Shown piece by piece: positions 48,082 through 58,763 of a DNA stretch of 64,000 nt. Below the pieces are notes generated by a model, which did no database searches, was not told the origin of the DNA, and saw nothing but the letters and a program-made list of their open reading frames with translations. Made by a program: the position numbers and the translations under genes. Every line of letters starts with the position of its first letter. Positions within the stretch are counted from its first letter, which is position 1. The DNA is from a virus (taxonomy: Duplodnaviria; Caudoviricetes). The DNA is taken from positions 32,001 through 96,000 of IMG/VR virus record IMGVR_UViG_3300028591_000122, one strand, 5' to 3'.

Positions 48082-48873
48082 ATGGCGATAAACGTATCTT
48101 GTACTAATCACCCACATTACGGGTGCATTACGGTACAAACATCTCCCGGGAGTATACCTTCGGGAGTTAATAAAGTTAGAATTAGTAAGAAAATATCATC
48201 AAAGTTTGTGTTTGTTTCCGTATACCTCAAAACAGTAAGTACGACGGCAGACTTAACATTTACTTTTGACGATTATCTTTGTAGAAATAATGTTACTTAT
48301 CAATACAAAGTTGACTATATACACGACATAGATTCGACGAGCTATAATATTATCGAATCACAAACCTTTGAAATTAAATGTATGTTTGACTTATTGGTTA
48401 TCAAGGATAGCGGAGAGACATATGCGACACCGTTAAATGCTTTTCCTATCAATACCAATACAATAAGACCATTTGTTTTAAACACACCTTTAATGACAAA
48501 GAAACCAAGTTACTATTCTATAGGCAATGCCCAATATAAAGAGGGTACTGCTCAAGGAGTATGGCTTAAAATGGTTGGAGAAGAAAACAATATTCAGTTT
48601 GAGACAGACCAAAACTGGGAATACAGAGAGAAGTTTGTTTCATTCCTTTGCAATGGATTAGGTAAACTTCTCAAATCTGTTTCTGGAGAAATGTGGTTAG
48701 TCGGAATTAAATCTGATGGAATAAGTGATAGCAGTTTATTTTCTACTGCGGAAGTAGACGGTGCAAGACAAATTGAATTCGGTTGGATTGAAATCGGAGA
48801 AGTCGAATCGGAAAACGATTTGTACGAAAACGGTCTTATAAATGTTCCCAGTAAATATTGGAGTGGTACATGA
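48082..48873 (+). CDS. distal tail (Dit)-like protein
   Basis: FLCNG..KLLKS..GEMWLV...FGWIEIG pattern; position after the TMP. Confidence 0.55.
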   Translation: MAINVSCTNHPHYGCITVQTSPGSIPSGVNKVRISKKISSKFVFVSVYLKTVSTTADLTFTFDDYLCRNNVTYQYKVDYIHDIDSTSYNIIESQTFEIKCMFDLLVIKDSGETYATPLNAFPINTNTIRPFVLNTPLMTKKPSYYSIGNAQYKEGTAQGVWLKMVGEENNIQFETDQNWEYREKFVSFLCNGLGKLLKSVSGEMWLVGIKSDGISDSSLFSTAEVDGARQIEFGWIEIGEVESENDLYENGLINVPSKYWSGT

Positions 48874-50987
48874 TAACGCCTGCACAATGGGAAGCTGTTA
48901 GGAAGCATATTATTCGTGCCAATATTACTTTAACGGTTAGTGAACAAGACGGAACATATATTGATGAATTTAAAGGTATATGTAACGGGGGAAGTATTAA
49001 CCTTGATGGTAATTCAGCAGTACGAAGAACTGCTTCTTTTAGCATAACTCCTACAGACCAAATAACCAATATCTCCGAGCAATCACTTGTGTGGTTAAAT
49101 AAAAATGTAACTGTAACATTGTATGTCAATGGTGTAACTTTCCATATGGGAGAATTTCTTTATACGAGCGCAAATGCAACTTATGATTCATCAACGAACT
49201 TGATGACAATTGAATTGTCGGATTGGATGGCAAAGTTAGACGGAACTATCAATGGACAAATTGGTGGCGCTCCTACTATTGTCTGTCCTGCGTATAAAGA
49301 AGACCCCGAAACTGGAGAACCATTGGAATATAGTACAATTAAAGGTTATATAACAAAACAATTGGAAGCTTGCGGAATTACAGAATATGTGCCGGGTGGT
49401 CCTAGAATGAATAGATATGTGGTTGACGACATAGGCGAATATTATTGTATGCCACACCCAGACCATCCAGAATGGAATTGGCAAGAATATAGAGCAAGAT
49501 ATCCTTTGTGGAATACAGTTCCTTATGACCTTGAATTTTCTATTGGTTGTACGAACTGGGACATTATATCCGAACTCGTAAACCTTTATCCTAACTATGA
49601 AGCATACTTCGATGAGTACGGAACTTTTAGAGTAAATATGATACCGAGCGAATATACCGAAGACTATGATTTTCAGTATGAAGATTATATAGATATGGTT
49701 ATATCCGAGAATGTATCTACAGACCTTACTACTGTTCGTAATGTATGCGAAGTATGGGGAGCAACTCTTGATGCCGATTGGTATGCCAATAGTGTAGTAC
49801 ACGCGGACAGAGTTGATTTTTCATATCAAGTTTGGTTTGGAACACCTTCTCAAGAATCTTCTACTTATAGTGTTCGATTGGTTCGAACTATAATGGGTGC
49901 TGGTGTTCCGGGTTCTGGTACATATAGCAAAGAGAAGACTTATACGTTTGGAGAATATACAAATACAAACGAAGACTGGTATGACATACATATTTCCTTT
50001 AGCAATCATACATTAATTTTGTCTTCTGCTTATGATTATTTATCTTCTTGGAGTTTAGGCGGGCAATATTATTCGGGGCAAGCGTTCTATACTTGCAATT
50101 ATGATAATTGGGGACGATTGCCAGATTCTTATGCTGCTATTTTCTTAAACAAAGCCAATATTGCAAGCAGTGATTACGTAGTTATATTAGACGGATATTC
50201 TGACGATTACAGAACATCTACTAGGTTTGGTGTTAAGTTCGTAGAGAACAGTAATACGGCTCAAATGATGCGTATCAATGATTTGTCTCCGTTGCCTATA
50301 ATTGATTTTTCTACCAAACAGCCTATAGGTGCAAACTATTTTGATTTGAATGAGATACACGTATTCCAAATTGCAAAGATAAGAATCAGCGATGATAATT
50401 ATACTCACCAAATTTATTATGTAGGTGTGGCACAAGCGCACGCTCTCAATGTTTTGACCAATGGGGAAGTAGGTCCACAAGTTCCGTATATAGATGATAT
50501 GGGTGTTCAGCGATATGTTATGAAGTATTCGGAAGATTATTATAAAATCTTTTTGAATTGCCGACACGTTACATTTACACTTCAACCCGATTCTCCTTTT
50601 GTTGTACAGAAATTAGGAGATAGACTTGATGTTAAAGCCGACGGAGAGTTTTCAAATATCCGTTCGGACGAATTGGCTATTGAGCGTGCCGAATACGAGA
50701 ACTGGAAGAACGCAAGATTGTCTGATACAGTTTCTATCACAACTAAATTAATGCCATTTGTAGAACCTAATATGAAGATTAGTTATAAGAAAAGCGGTTA
50801 TAATTTTGTTGACGATTTTATTGTTCAATCAGTGTCTCACGATTTTGACCAAGGCACAACGACAATTAATATGTCTACATTCTATCCGTTGTACAGAAGA
50901 GAACCGGGCAATTTGTATCTTATGACCTACAAGTATATGAGTGGCTTTAGAAACTCTGAATTATACGGTAATCAGGATTTAATGTAA
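48870..50987 (+). CDS. baseplate hub/tail tip protein
   Basis: AVRRTAS, YFDEYGTF and VRNVCEVWG; position. Confidence 0.6.
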   Translation: MITPAQWEAVRKHIIRANITLTVSEQDGTYIDEFKGICNGGSINLDGNSAVRRTASFSITPTDQITNISEQSLVWLNKNVTVTLYVNGVTFHMGEFLYTSANATYDSSTNLMTIELSDWMAKLDGTINGQIGGAPTIVCPAYKEDPETGEPLEYSTIKGYITKQLEACGITEYVPGGPRMNRYVVDDIGEYYCMPHPDHPEWNWQEYRARYPLWNTVPYDLEFSIGCTNWDIISELVNLYPNYEAYFDEYGTFRVNMIPSEYTEDYDFQYEDYIDMVISENVSTDLTTVRNVCEVWGATLDADWYANSVVHADRVDFSYQVWFGTPSQESSTYSVRLVRTIMGAGVPGSGTYSKEKTYTFGEYTNTNEDWYDIHISFSNHTLILSSAYDYLSSWSLGGQYYSGQAFYTCNYDNWGRLPDSYAAIFLNKANIASSDYVVILDGYSDDYRTSTRFGVKFVENSNTAQMMRINDLSPLPIIDFSTKQPIGANYFDLNEIHVFQIAKIRISDDNYTHQIYYVGVAQAHALNVLTNGEVGPQVPYIDDMGVQRYVMKYSEDYYKIFLNCRHVTFTLQPDSPFVVQKLGDRLDVKADGEFSNIRSDELAIERAEYENWKNARLSDTVSITTKLMPFVEPNMKISYKKSGYNFVDDFIVQSVSHDFDQGTTTINMSTFYPLYRREPGNLYLMTYKYMSGFRNSELYGNQDLM

Positions 50988-50997
50988 GGGAGGATTT

Positions 50998-51543
50998 ATG
51001 GGAAAAGGATTAGTCGATAAACCTCACTTGCAGAGGTTCAAAACACATCTTGATAATACGTTTGTCAAGAAAACAGAAAAAGCAACATTAGAAAGTTTTG
51101 GTATTGTTAAACCAGATGGTATATCAGTAACGGTGGCTGACGGAGTTCTGTCGGCTTCCGCTTCTGGTGTTAATTATTCCGAGATAGAACAACTATTAGG
51201 AATCACTTGGATTAACAATGAAAGACTTTATCAATCCACTATTGTTATGCGTAACCCCGTGTCTTGTACGGCAGGACAATGGAATGAAGTATGCGATGCT
51301 CCCAATGAGATAGATATGCTTATTAAGGGAGAATATACAGACGGAGCAATAAGTGGTGGAACACAAATCAAGCAAGAGAATGGTAAAATTTATGTATGTC
51401 CGAGTATTAACTGTAATGTAAAATACTTAACCATCTCTTATACAAAGGACATCGAAGAATTTATGTACGATTATACTTGGACAGAAGCCAGTGCTAAAAC
51501 TTGGGACGACTTCATTGATACCAAGTGGAAAGGAGTATCGTGA
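50998..51543 (+). CDS. tail fibre-associated protein
   Basis: ATLESFGIVKPDG fibre repeat; YSEIEQLLGITWI..LYQ module. Confidence 0.6.
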   Translation: MGKGLVDKPHLQRFKTHLDNTFVKKTEKATLESFGIVKPDGISVTVADGVLSASASGVNYSEIEQLLGITWINNERLYQSTIVMRNPVSCTAGQWNEVCDAPNEIDMLIKGEYTDGAISGGTQIKQENGKIYVCPSINCNVKYLTISYTKDIEEFMYDYTWTEASAKTWDDFIDTKWKGVS

Positions 51544-54419
51544 GTACAACTACAACAAATTTGGAATTAGTTAAGCCCGCGGGTAATGAGCGAGTTGATG
51601 TTGATGTTATCAATAGTAACTATGATAAGATAGACGAATTCGCTGGATTAGCCATTACGGATGCTAACTATGTCCATACAGATAATAACTACACGACAAC
51701 TGAAAAGAATAAATTATCTGCTATTCAACCTAATGCGACGGCAACATCGTTTACTCAAACATTAGTTTCTGGAACTGCTGTTGGTACTATCACTATCAAT
51801 GGAACGCCCTATACTATTTATGCGCCTGCTTCTTCTGGAGGAGCTTCGGCACTAAATGATTTAACTGATGTCACATTGGCAAATCCGTCAAACGGACAAG
51901 TGCTTAAATATAACGCAACGACTGGCAAATGGGAGAACGCAGACGAATCCGGGGGTGGCGGTGGCTATATACCAACAGGAGAAGTGTATACATTCTTTAC
52001 TGATGGTTCTTCGGCAGCAGCCAACTATACTTTATATGTTCAATGGACGGACGGAGAAACAGTTACAACCGCTGTGATTGTTGAGTATGCCCAAATTATT
52101 GCCGGTTGGACAACAGGTGATTATCAGAACGTAACTATCAATTGGGATAGAAACAATGCTTGTTTTAATTTCGTTGCAAAGACAGGTTCCTTTGAAAATG
52201 GTGGTACTTACTACGATGAAGGTGACACCATGGGAACTCTTACAAGTGGTAATATTACATTTAATGCAGTCGAAAAAGAAGCCACAGGTGTTGAATGGAC
52301 ACAGATACAATCAAGCGGAACGAAGATTGCCGAAATTGAAATAGACGGAGTTCCTCAGAATGTATATGCTCCCACTCCACCTACAAAAACATCTGATTTG
52401 ACCAACGACTCTAACTTTGTAGCAGATGCAAGTTATGTTCACACAGACAACAACTATACTACTACAGAAAAAAACAAACTTTCAGGACTTGTTGGAGTTG
52501 AAGCAAACCCGTCTGGAACTGCAAGTACAGATTTGACAAAGATTGCCATAGGTGGAACTAATTACAATATTCCATCTGGAGGTAGCGGAACTACAGTTAT
52601 ACCTAATCCCCAAGGAACTCCTACAGGTGAATTAAATACCATCCAAATTGGAAATGATATTTATGAGATTCCTACAAGTTCTGATGAAGGTGGATATCTT
52701 ACGGCAGATGGAAATTGTTATTCTACTCTACCTGTTTATTCGGACGAAAATGATATTCTTAAGATTCAATTTAAGTTTTGGAGCAGTGATGCTGCCGCTG
52801 ATAATCAAACGATAATTGGTAGTTCTTTTGCTGGTAATAGCGATTATCTGTTGTATATGACTGTTGAAAACGGGGAACCGATTTATAGTTATGCTGTAGC
52901 AAACGATTATACATACATTAAAGCGCCGAGAAGCACTGAGGACTATGACTACATTGAGCTTGGATATGATTACATGATTGTCAATGGAACGACTTATACA
53001 TCACAAACACCAGCAAAACATTCTGTTCATAGACCTATATGCGTATTTGGTTCTAACTATAGGGGTTCTGGTACCATTGGAGAAATCAAAATATATAAAA
53101 ATGATGTTTTAACATATGATTTGGTTCCGTCACAGTGGAAGGGAAACGTTGGTAGATTTATTGATGTATTAAATGATGATACTCCATATCCTAGTGAGGG
53201 TACGTCTGATTATGGTTATATAGGTACGAGCAGTGGAACAACTGTTATCGCTAACCCCGAAGGTGAAGCAACAGATACTTTAACCAAAATTCAAATTGGA
53301 AATGATATTTATGAGATTGTTGGAGGTGGTTCTGGAGATAGCGGATTCGAAAGAACGCAATTATATGTCGCATCTGAAACAGAAACAGTTGTATCATTAA
53401 GCCAAAGCATTGCAGATTTTGATATGGTTGAGCTTGTTTCTTGGTACACTTACAATGGAGTAGATTACACGGAAAATGCAATTTACTCGGCGAGAGACAT
53501 GGAGAACGCAATAGGAACAGCAAAAGCATTCGGTGTTTATAATGATGCTTGGTTCACCTATTACAGAGTAAATGATGTTGATGAATTAGAATGCATAGCC
53601 AATAATAATAGTTGGTATGTAAAAGAAATCTACGGCTTGAAGTTTAATGGCGGTGGCTCAGCAGAATGGACAGATGTTGTCGGAACTCTTGAAGCAGGAC
53701 AAACACAAATTGTTTTAACAAGTAGTAAGATTAAGGCAAACTCTGTTGTTAATCCTTATGCGAGCAAAGTGGGAGTTAAGGCTACTAATATGGTTATTGC
53801 CAAGGGTAGTGTTACTTTGACATTCCCCGTACAGACAGAGAATTTAGATGTTATGGTTAGAGTGACTAAGGTTAATACAAATCATACTTATGACATTGAT
53901 TTAAGTCATTTGCAGACAGATAAATCTTGGTTCTATTATGATGATGCAGTATCTTCTGTAAATGATACAGGCGATGGCTTACAGATTTCAGGAAATGATA
54001 CTCGAATCGATTGGACAACTTTAGGTGCAATTGGTATCAATATAAGCAACATGGTAGGGGCTATTCCGTCTACTCTGTCGGCACTTAAATTACACTTTAA
54101 TACCTTTAGGATGAGCGGATATACTGGTGTAAGATTCATAAATAGCGATACTTTATATTCTGGTTCAACTGGTGGCGGTGATGGATTTTTAAGGATACCG
54201 GGATTCTATCAATTTGAGAACAATAATTCTACCGTCGAAGAAGAAGATTACACTCTTGAAATCCCTTGTACTCCTTCGAATCTAACGAATACTTATCTGT
54301 ACATTATGTTCTTTGATGGAATGATTACGGGAAATATGAGTTATTATGATAATGGTCTTAATGGCTCCTATAATGTTGCCATAGATGGAATAGACTTTGT
54401 GACAGGAGGTGATTCATAA
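51540..54419 (+). CDS. modular tail fibre/receptor-binding protein with a ConA-like domain
   Basis: TTNLELVKP N-terminus; HTDNNYTTTEKNKL x2; NP...IQIG linkers; lectin-like module; GTG start behind AAGGAG. Confidence 0.75.
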   Translation: MSTTTTNLELVKPAGNERVDVDVINSNYDKIDEFAGLAITDANYVHTDNNYTTTEKNKLSAIQPNATATSFTQTLVSGTAVGTITINGTPYTIYAPASSGGASALNDLTDVTLANPSNGQVLKYNATTGKWENADESGGGGGYIPTGEVYTFFTDGSSAAANYTLYVQWTDGETVTTAVIVEYAQIIAGWTTGDYQNVTINWDRNNACFNFVAKTGSFENGGTYYDEGDTMGTLTSGNITFNAVEKEATGVEWTQIQSSGTKIAEIEIDGVPQNVYAPTPPTKTSDLTNDSNFVADASYVHTDNNYTTTEKNKLSGLVGVEANPSGTASTDLTKIAIGGTNYNIPSGGSGTTVIPNPQGTPTGELNTIQIGNDIYEIPTSSDEGGYLTADGNCYSTLPVYSDENDILKIQFKFWSSDAAADNQTIIGSSFAGNSDYLLYMTVENGEPIYSYAVANDYTYIKAPRSTEDYDYIELGYDYMIVNGTTYTSQTPAKHSVHRPICVFGSNYRGSGTIGEIKIYKNDVLTYDLVPSQWKGNVGRFIDVLNDDTPYPSEGTSDYGYIGTSSGTTVIANPEGEATDTLTKIQIGNDIYEIVGGGSGDSGFERTQLYVASETETVVSLSQSIADFDMVELVSWYTYNGVDYTENAIYSARDMENAIGTAKAFGVYNDAWFTYYRVNDVDELECIANNNSWYVKEIYGLKFNGGGSAEWTDVVGTLEAGQTQIVLTSSKIKANSVVNPYASKVGVKATNMVIAKGSVTLTFPVQTENLDVMVRVTKVNTNHTYDIDLSHLQTDKSWFYYDDAVSSVNDTGDGLQISGNDTRIDWTTLGAIGINISNMVGAIPSTLSALKLHFNTFRMSGYTGVRFINSDTLYSGSTGGGDGFLRIPGFYQFENNNSTVEEEDYTLEIPCTPSNLTNTYLYIMFFDGMITGNMSYYDNGLNGSYNVAIDGIDFVTGGDS
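52644..53318 (+). repeat. 27-bp exact direct repeat (52644-52670 and 53292-53318) flanking the lectin-like module
   Basis: CAAATTGGAAATGATATTTATGAGATT occurs twice, 648 bp apart (in frame). Confidence 0.85.
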
Positions 54420-55354
54420 TGGCTTTTTATCCAATAAATGTAGGCGAAAGTAGCGGTGGTGGTGGTCATACTATTTTAGACGATAATGGAACATCTCTTG
54501 CTCAAGAAAGTAATTTACAATTCAGAGGAGCATATTCACGTGATGATTCTACAAATGGAAAAACAGTTGTTGAAGTTTCTCGTTCTATGACTAAAGCAGA
54601 ATTTGACCAATTAACAGAAGCAGAAAAGGTAGGAATTATTAATGTTACTGACGAAGAGGAACTTCCTTGGAAAGATATAACGGGAGTCTTACCCGCGGGA
54701 GAAACAGAAATAATTTTGAGCGATGATGCCATAACGGACAATTCAACTTTTGAGGCTTTCACAGACCCTATTGAAGTCAGCCATACGGATATGGTACTTG
54801 CTAATGAACCGTCATTGATAAACGATATTTTATCAAGTGCTGATGATACCAAAGTTACGGCTTCTTCTAATGATACGGCAGAGGTGGTACCTTGGAAAGC
54901 ATTCGATGGAATAAAGGGCGTGTCAAGTGGCACTTATGCGAGCCCGTATTATGCTTGGCTTCCGGGAAACGGAGATGCCCCTTGTTGGTTACAATATCAT
55001 TTTGCTACTGCAAAGTACATAGACGAAGTTAAAGTATATGTGTACTGTAATAATGGAGCCTATACAGGCTCTGCAAAGATTCAAGGTTCGAATGATGGAA
55101 CAAGCTGGACAGATATATCTTCTGCTGTTTCTATTAGCGCACCTTATGGCGAAGAAATAGAACTTGATTTCACTTGTGATAGTAATCAGTATTCCTATGT
55201 CAGACTTTATAGTGAAACCGCGTTTACTGTTTATGGTGGCGCAAGTATCTTTGTTGGAGAGATGGAAATTTACGGAAGAAATAGCGCTTATGGAGTGAAA
55301 GTTACCTTCCCTGCTCAAGCAGAAAATCTTAATGTGAAAGTGAGGATATCATAA
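54419..55354 (+). CDS. tail fibre protein with a discoidin (F5/8 type C) domain
   Basis: ASS...PWKAFDG...WLQYHF...IQGSNDGTSW...YSYVRL...EMEIYG. Confidence 0.75.
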   Translation: MAFYPINVGESSGGGGHTILDDNGTSLAQESNLQFRGAYSRDDSTNGKTVVEVSRSMTKAEFDQLTEAEKVGIINVTDEEELPWKDITGVLPAGETEIILSDDAITDNSTFEAFTDPIEVSHTDMVLANEPSLINDILSSADDTKVTASSNDTAEVVPWKAFDGIKGVSSGTYASPYYAWLPGNGDAPCWLQYHFATAKYIDEVKVYVYCNNGAYTGSAKIQGSNDGTSWTDISSAVSISAPYGEEIELDFTCDSNQYSYVRLYSETAFTVYGGASIFVGEMEIYGRNSAYGVKVTFPAQAENLNVKVRIS

Positions 55355-57057
55355 TGGCTTATTTTAAAAGTAATAAAGTAGAAACAAGAATAGCAAATAT
55401 CCTCAAAGGAACTTCTGACCCCGCTTCTTCTATTGGCGATAATGGACAGTTGTATTTGAAGTATGCGGACCTTTCATTAAGAGAATACATTGAAGTTGGA
55501 AGTACGGCTGGACCATATATTAATACTGGATTTTATTGGAGTTCAGATTGTGAATTTGAAATAAAAGCCAAATGGACAGGCACCCCTGCAAACAACACCG
55601 CTTTTTTTGGAGCTTATTCTCCAAATCAAGACACAGATGTTCAAGTGTATAATGGCAATACTTTATTTTATGTTGGAGGAGGAGGCACTGCAAGTCTGTC
55701 GATAGATACTGATGACCATATATATAAAGCAACTCAATCTGAATTGCTATTAGATGGAACTAGTGTTGCAACCCCCAATTGGAGCAGAGTTCCTGCGAGC
55801 TTGGAAGTATCTATATTTACTATGCAACAGCATTCTCCGGCAATTAATGCGAGAATATATTATATAAAAATATGGAAAAGCGGAGAATTGCACAAATACT
55901 TTATTCCTGCTGTAAATAACGCAACTAACGAAATAGGAATGTTTGAAGCAGTTAGTGGTGAATTTTATTCTAACGACGGAACTGGTAATTTTGATATTAG
56001 TTCATCTGTCATATTGGATATGCCAAGTCGCCCTATTTTGTCTTCCTTTGCCAAAGTTAACGACCAATGGCAAAGCCTTATAGGTACTAACGTTGATGAA
56101 ATCACTTATGCTAGTAATCCACCTAAGACTGTTTCTTATCTTAAATGGCAAATTACAAAGTCAAGAAGTGTTCCTGCTGGTGGATGTATACAAATCGCTG
56201 AATTTAGATTATATCAAAATGCAGAGAAATATGTTTGGAACAGTAATGTTTCTATTTCAAGCGATATGACAGGCGTTTCGGGAGAAACTATTGATAAGTT
56301 AATTGATGATAACACTAACACAAAATTTAACACACAAGATTGGGGAAGCGTCCAAGAGAATGAGTGTAATATTATTATCAATTTAGGTGAAACAATCACA
56401 TTGACAAACACTTCGTCATATTGTTTTGTAACTGCTAATGATGAAATCAGTCGTGACCCTGTTTCGTGGAAATTATATAGCAGTGTTGACGGAACGAATT
56501 GGGATTTGTTAGACGAAAGAACAGATGCGGATGTACCTACGGATAGAGAGAGACAAACCTTTAATTACCCTTGTAAAATAAGTGGCGGAAGTCCACAGCC
56601 AGATGATAGGACATATCTGTTTAAAGATGGTGAATGGAAAAATCAAGATATTTTAAGTTTATATGGATATAAAACATCCGTAGAAAACGGAAGTTTAAAG
56701 TGCACAGGAACTCATGCTGGTGTAGTAGTTGATGATGTGAGTGGCTTGGATAGCAGTGTAACACAGTATAGCGTTTATCTAAAAGTCAGAGCAGGAAATA
56801 TAAATAGTTACCCATTACAAACAGGAAGAAATGTTCCCACTCAAAATTTATATGACATTATTCAGTATGGAACAGATAGATATTCGTATAATACTGATTA
56901 TATAAGCAGTGGAACGGATTATTTATTTATATTAATTGCATTATATAATACAGACGGAATATTTTTAGGGGCAGAAAATTATACAGATGAGAATGCTTAT
57001 TATTACATTGATGAAATATGGCTTGAAGCTTCAGCACAAGTAATTGTTCATTCTTAA
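55354..57057 (+). CDS. modular receptor-binding protein (ConA-like plus permuted discoidin-like domain)
   Basis: YINTG...ARIYYIKIW...FIPA...GMFEAVSGEFY; TAND...RDPVSWKL.SSVDGTNW. Confidence 0.7.
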   Translation: MAYFKSNKVETRIANILKGTSDPASSIGDNGQLYLKYADLSLREYIEVGSTAGPYINTGFYWSSDCEFEIKAKWTGTPANNTAFFGAYSPNQDTDVQVYNGNTLFYVGGGGTASLSIDTDDHIYKATQSELLLDGTSVATPNWSRVPASLEVSIFTMQQHSPAINARIYYIKIWKSGELHKYFIPAVNNATNEIGMFEAVSGEFYSNDGTGNFDISSSVILDMPSRPILSSFAKVNDQWQSLIGTNVDEITYASNPPKTVSYLKWQITKSRSVPAGGCIQIAEFRLYQNAEKYVWNSNVSISSDMTGVSGETIDKLIDDNTNTKFNTQDWGSVQENECNIIINLGETITLTNTSSYCFVTANDEISRDPVSWKLYSSVDGTNWDLLDERTDADVPTDRERQTFNYPCKISGGSPQPDDRTYLFKDGEWKNQDILSLYGYKTSVENGSLKCTGTHAGVVVDDVSGLDSSVTQYSVYLKVRAGNINSYPLQTGRNVPTQNLYDIIQYGTDRYSYNTDYISSGTDYLFILIALYNTDGIFLGAENYTDENAYYYIDEIWLEASAQVIVHS

Positions 57058-57084
57058 AGAAAATTACAAACATTAAACAAACTT

Positions 57085-57119
57085 AAGATAGTGGGAGTGA
57101 AATACCTCTCACTATCTTT
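57085..57119 (+). terminator. hairpin (terminator or processing site) between paralogous fibre genes
   Basis: AAGATAGTGGGA...TCTCACTATCTT 12-bp stem. Confidence 0.45.
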
Positions 57120-57134
57120 GCGAAAGGAGATTTT

Positions 57135-58739
57135 ATGGCTACAATTTATATAGACGGAGTGAAGTCTAAACGCATGGCTATTGGAACTACCGAAATAGCC
57201 AATATCCTTAAAGGTACTTCTGACCCTTCTTCTAGTATTGGCGGTGATGGACAATTATATTTGAAATATGGTAGTTATGAAAAGCATTATTTTATGGATA
57301 ATAAGATAGTTGTTGTTGAAAACAAAAATGATGCTACTGATTTAAAATTATATATTGTCGGACTTACGAAAGATTCAAGCGGTATTGCTATAACGGACAC
57401 TGATTTGCTTGCTTATTTAAGCGATATAACAAGTGGATATTTAAAGGCTTGTTGCACTTATGACACGGCAGATTCAACAACACAAACAGGATTACTTGCA
57501 ATAGGAGATTGGGGAGATGGTATGACATTACATACCTATATTCCCGGTTGGACACAATATAAAGCAGGAACATTTTACGGAGTTCTTGATTTAACAGAAT
57601 CTCCCGTTTCAACACAAGGCTTTCCTGTTTATCAAGAAAATCCGTTTGTTAACCCTGACGCATTTACTGATGGTGGGATTCTTGATTCCTTTGCTAAAGT
57701 TAATAACTTATGGCAAAACCTCATGGGTACTAACATTGATGATATTTTAGCTGGTGGTAGTAAATACATCAAGGCAACAGGCTCATTTACATCAGGTACT
57801 GCATCTCAGCAAAAAGTAGAAGTAGACTGTGGATTTAAACCAGACCTTGTTATGGTTGATATGGAATTTGGTAATGGATTCACAAGAGCAACATATTTAA
57901 GCACTGCTTGGTATGAAGAAACAGACCATCCAGCTTCCGTATGGGATTTAAGACCGATGGAATCTGTTATTTATGCAATTACTCCAGAAAGTGTAGAAGG
58001 AGAAACTGGTATAACGGATTTAACAGATACTGGATTTAAGTATCGAGTAAATGGTGGAAATACGCAAGGAAAAGCTTGTACTTACACAGCTATTAAGTTT
58101 GATGTAAAAGAAGCTCCAGAACCAATTGTTCCTTTCGAAAAAGAGATTTTACATTCAATAGTGCAAGACCAAAGCGGAAGGTCAGTTCCTGTTTCTGTAA
58201 CATTTACAAACGATTATCAAATAGCATTTATTTGTGGATTGATTGCAGATAATGTATATACAGGTGCTATTTCTGTAAACGCTCTCGGCGGTGCAAGTGA
58301 AATATATGGATTATCAGGCAATAGATATGCTTCAGCAGGAATTGCTATTCGACTTCCAAGCAATAAGACTTTGATAGGATATTTCCCTTACTCAGATGGC
58401 GGTGCTTATTATGATATGTTCGGTGCTATTGGAATGAGCAGACTTCCGTCAGAATATGAAATCGGAGCAACTATTGATGTATCAAACATTAGCATAGAAT
58501 TAAGTAAAGTTTATGACCATATTGTTGTATTTGTTGGTATGGATTCGACCGATTCCAACAGCATAACGCTTGCCATGAACGGAACAAGTATTCCATTAAC
58601 AGTAGAAAGCGACAAGTTTAGCCGATACAGTTATCACGCATCTCAAGAACTTACAAGCGATTCAACAACTTTAAACTTTACATATTCAGGAGGTACAGTT
58701 GCTGATAATACAATAGTAGTATTTGCATACAATGAATAA
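57135..58739 (+). CDS. modular receptor-binding protein, paralogous scaffold to 55354..57057
   Basis: Shares IANILKGTSDP...GQLYLKY and IL.SFAKVN..WQ.L.GTN; DCGFKPDLV module. Confidence 0.7.
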   Translation: MATIYIDGVKSKRMAIGTTEIANILKGTSDPSSSIGGDGQLYLKYGSYEKHYFMDNKIVVVENKNDATDLKLYIVGLTKDSSGIAITDTDLLAYLSDITSGYLKACCTYDTADSTTQTGLLAIGDWGDGMTLHTYIPGWTQYKAGTFYGVLDLTESPVSTQGFPVYQENPFVNPDAFTDGGILDSFAKVNNLWQNLMGTNIDDILAGGSKYIKATGSFTSGTASQQKVEVDCGFKPDLVMVDMEFGNGFTRATYLSTAWYEETDHPASVWDLRPMESVIYAITPESVEGETGITDLTDTGFKYRVNGGNTQGKACTYTAIKFDVKEAPEPIVPFEKEILHSIVQDQSGRSVPVSVTFTNDYQIAFICGLIADNVYTGAISVNALGGASEIYGLSGNRYASAGIAIRLPSNKTLIGYFPYSDGGAYYDMFGAIGMSRLPSEYEIGATIDVSNISIELSKVYDHIVVFVGMDSTDSNSITLAMNGTSIPLTVESDKFSRYSYHASQELTSDSTTLNFTYSGGTVADNTIVVFAYNE

Positions 58740-58763
58740 ATTAATGATTGAAAGGAGAAGTAT

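Noticed and set aside
51660-52480. HTDNNYTTTEKNKL repeats as a possible DGR template/variable repeat pair
   Set aside because: Differences are mostly synonymous and not adenine-specific; no reverse transcriptase in the window.
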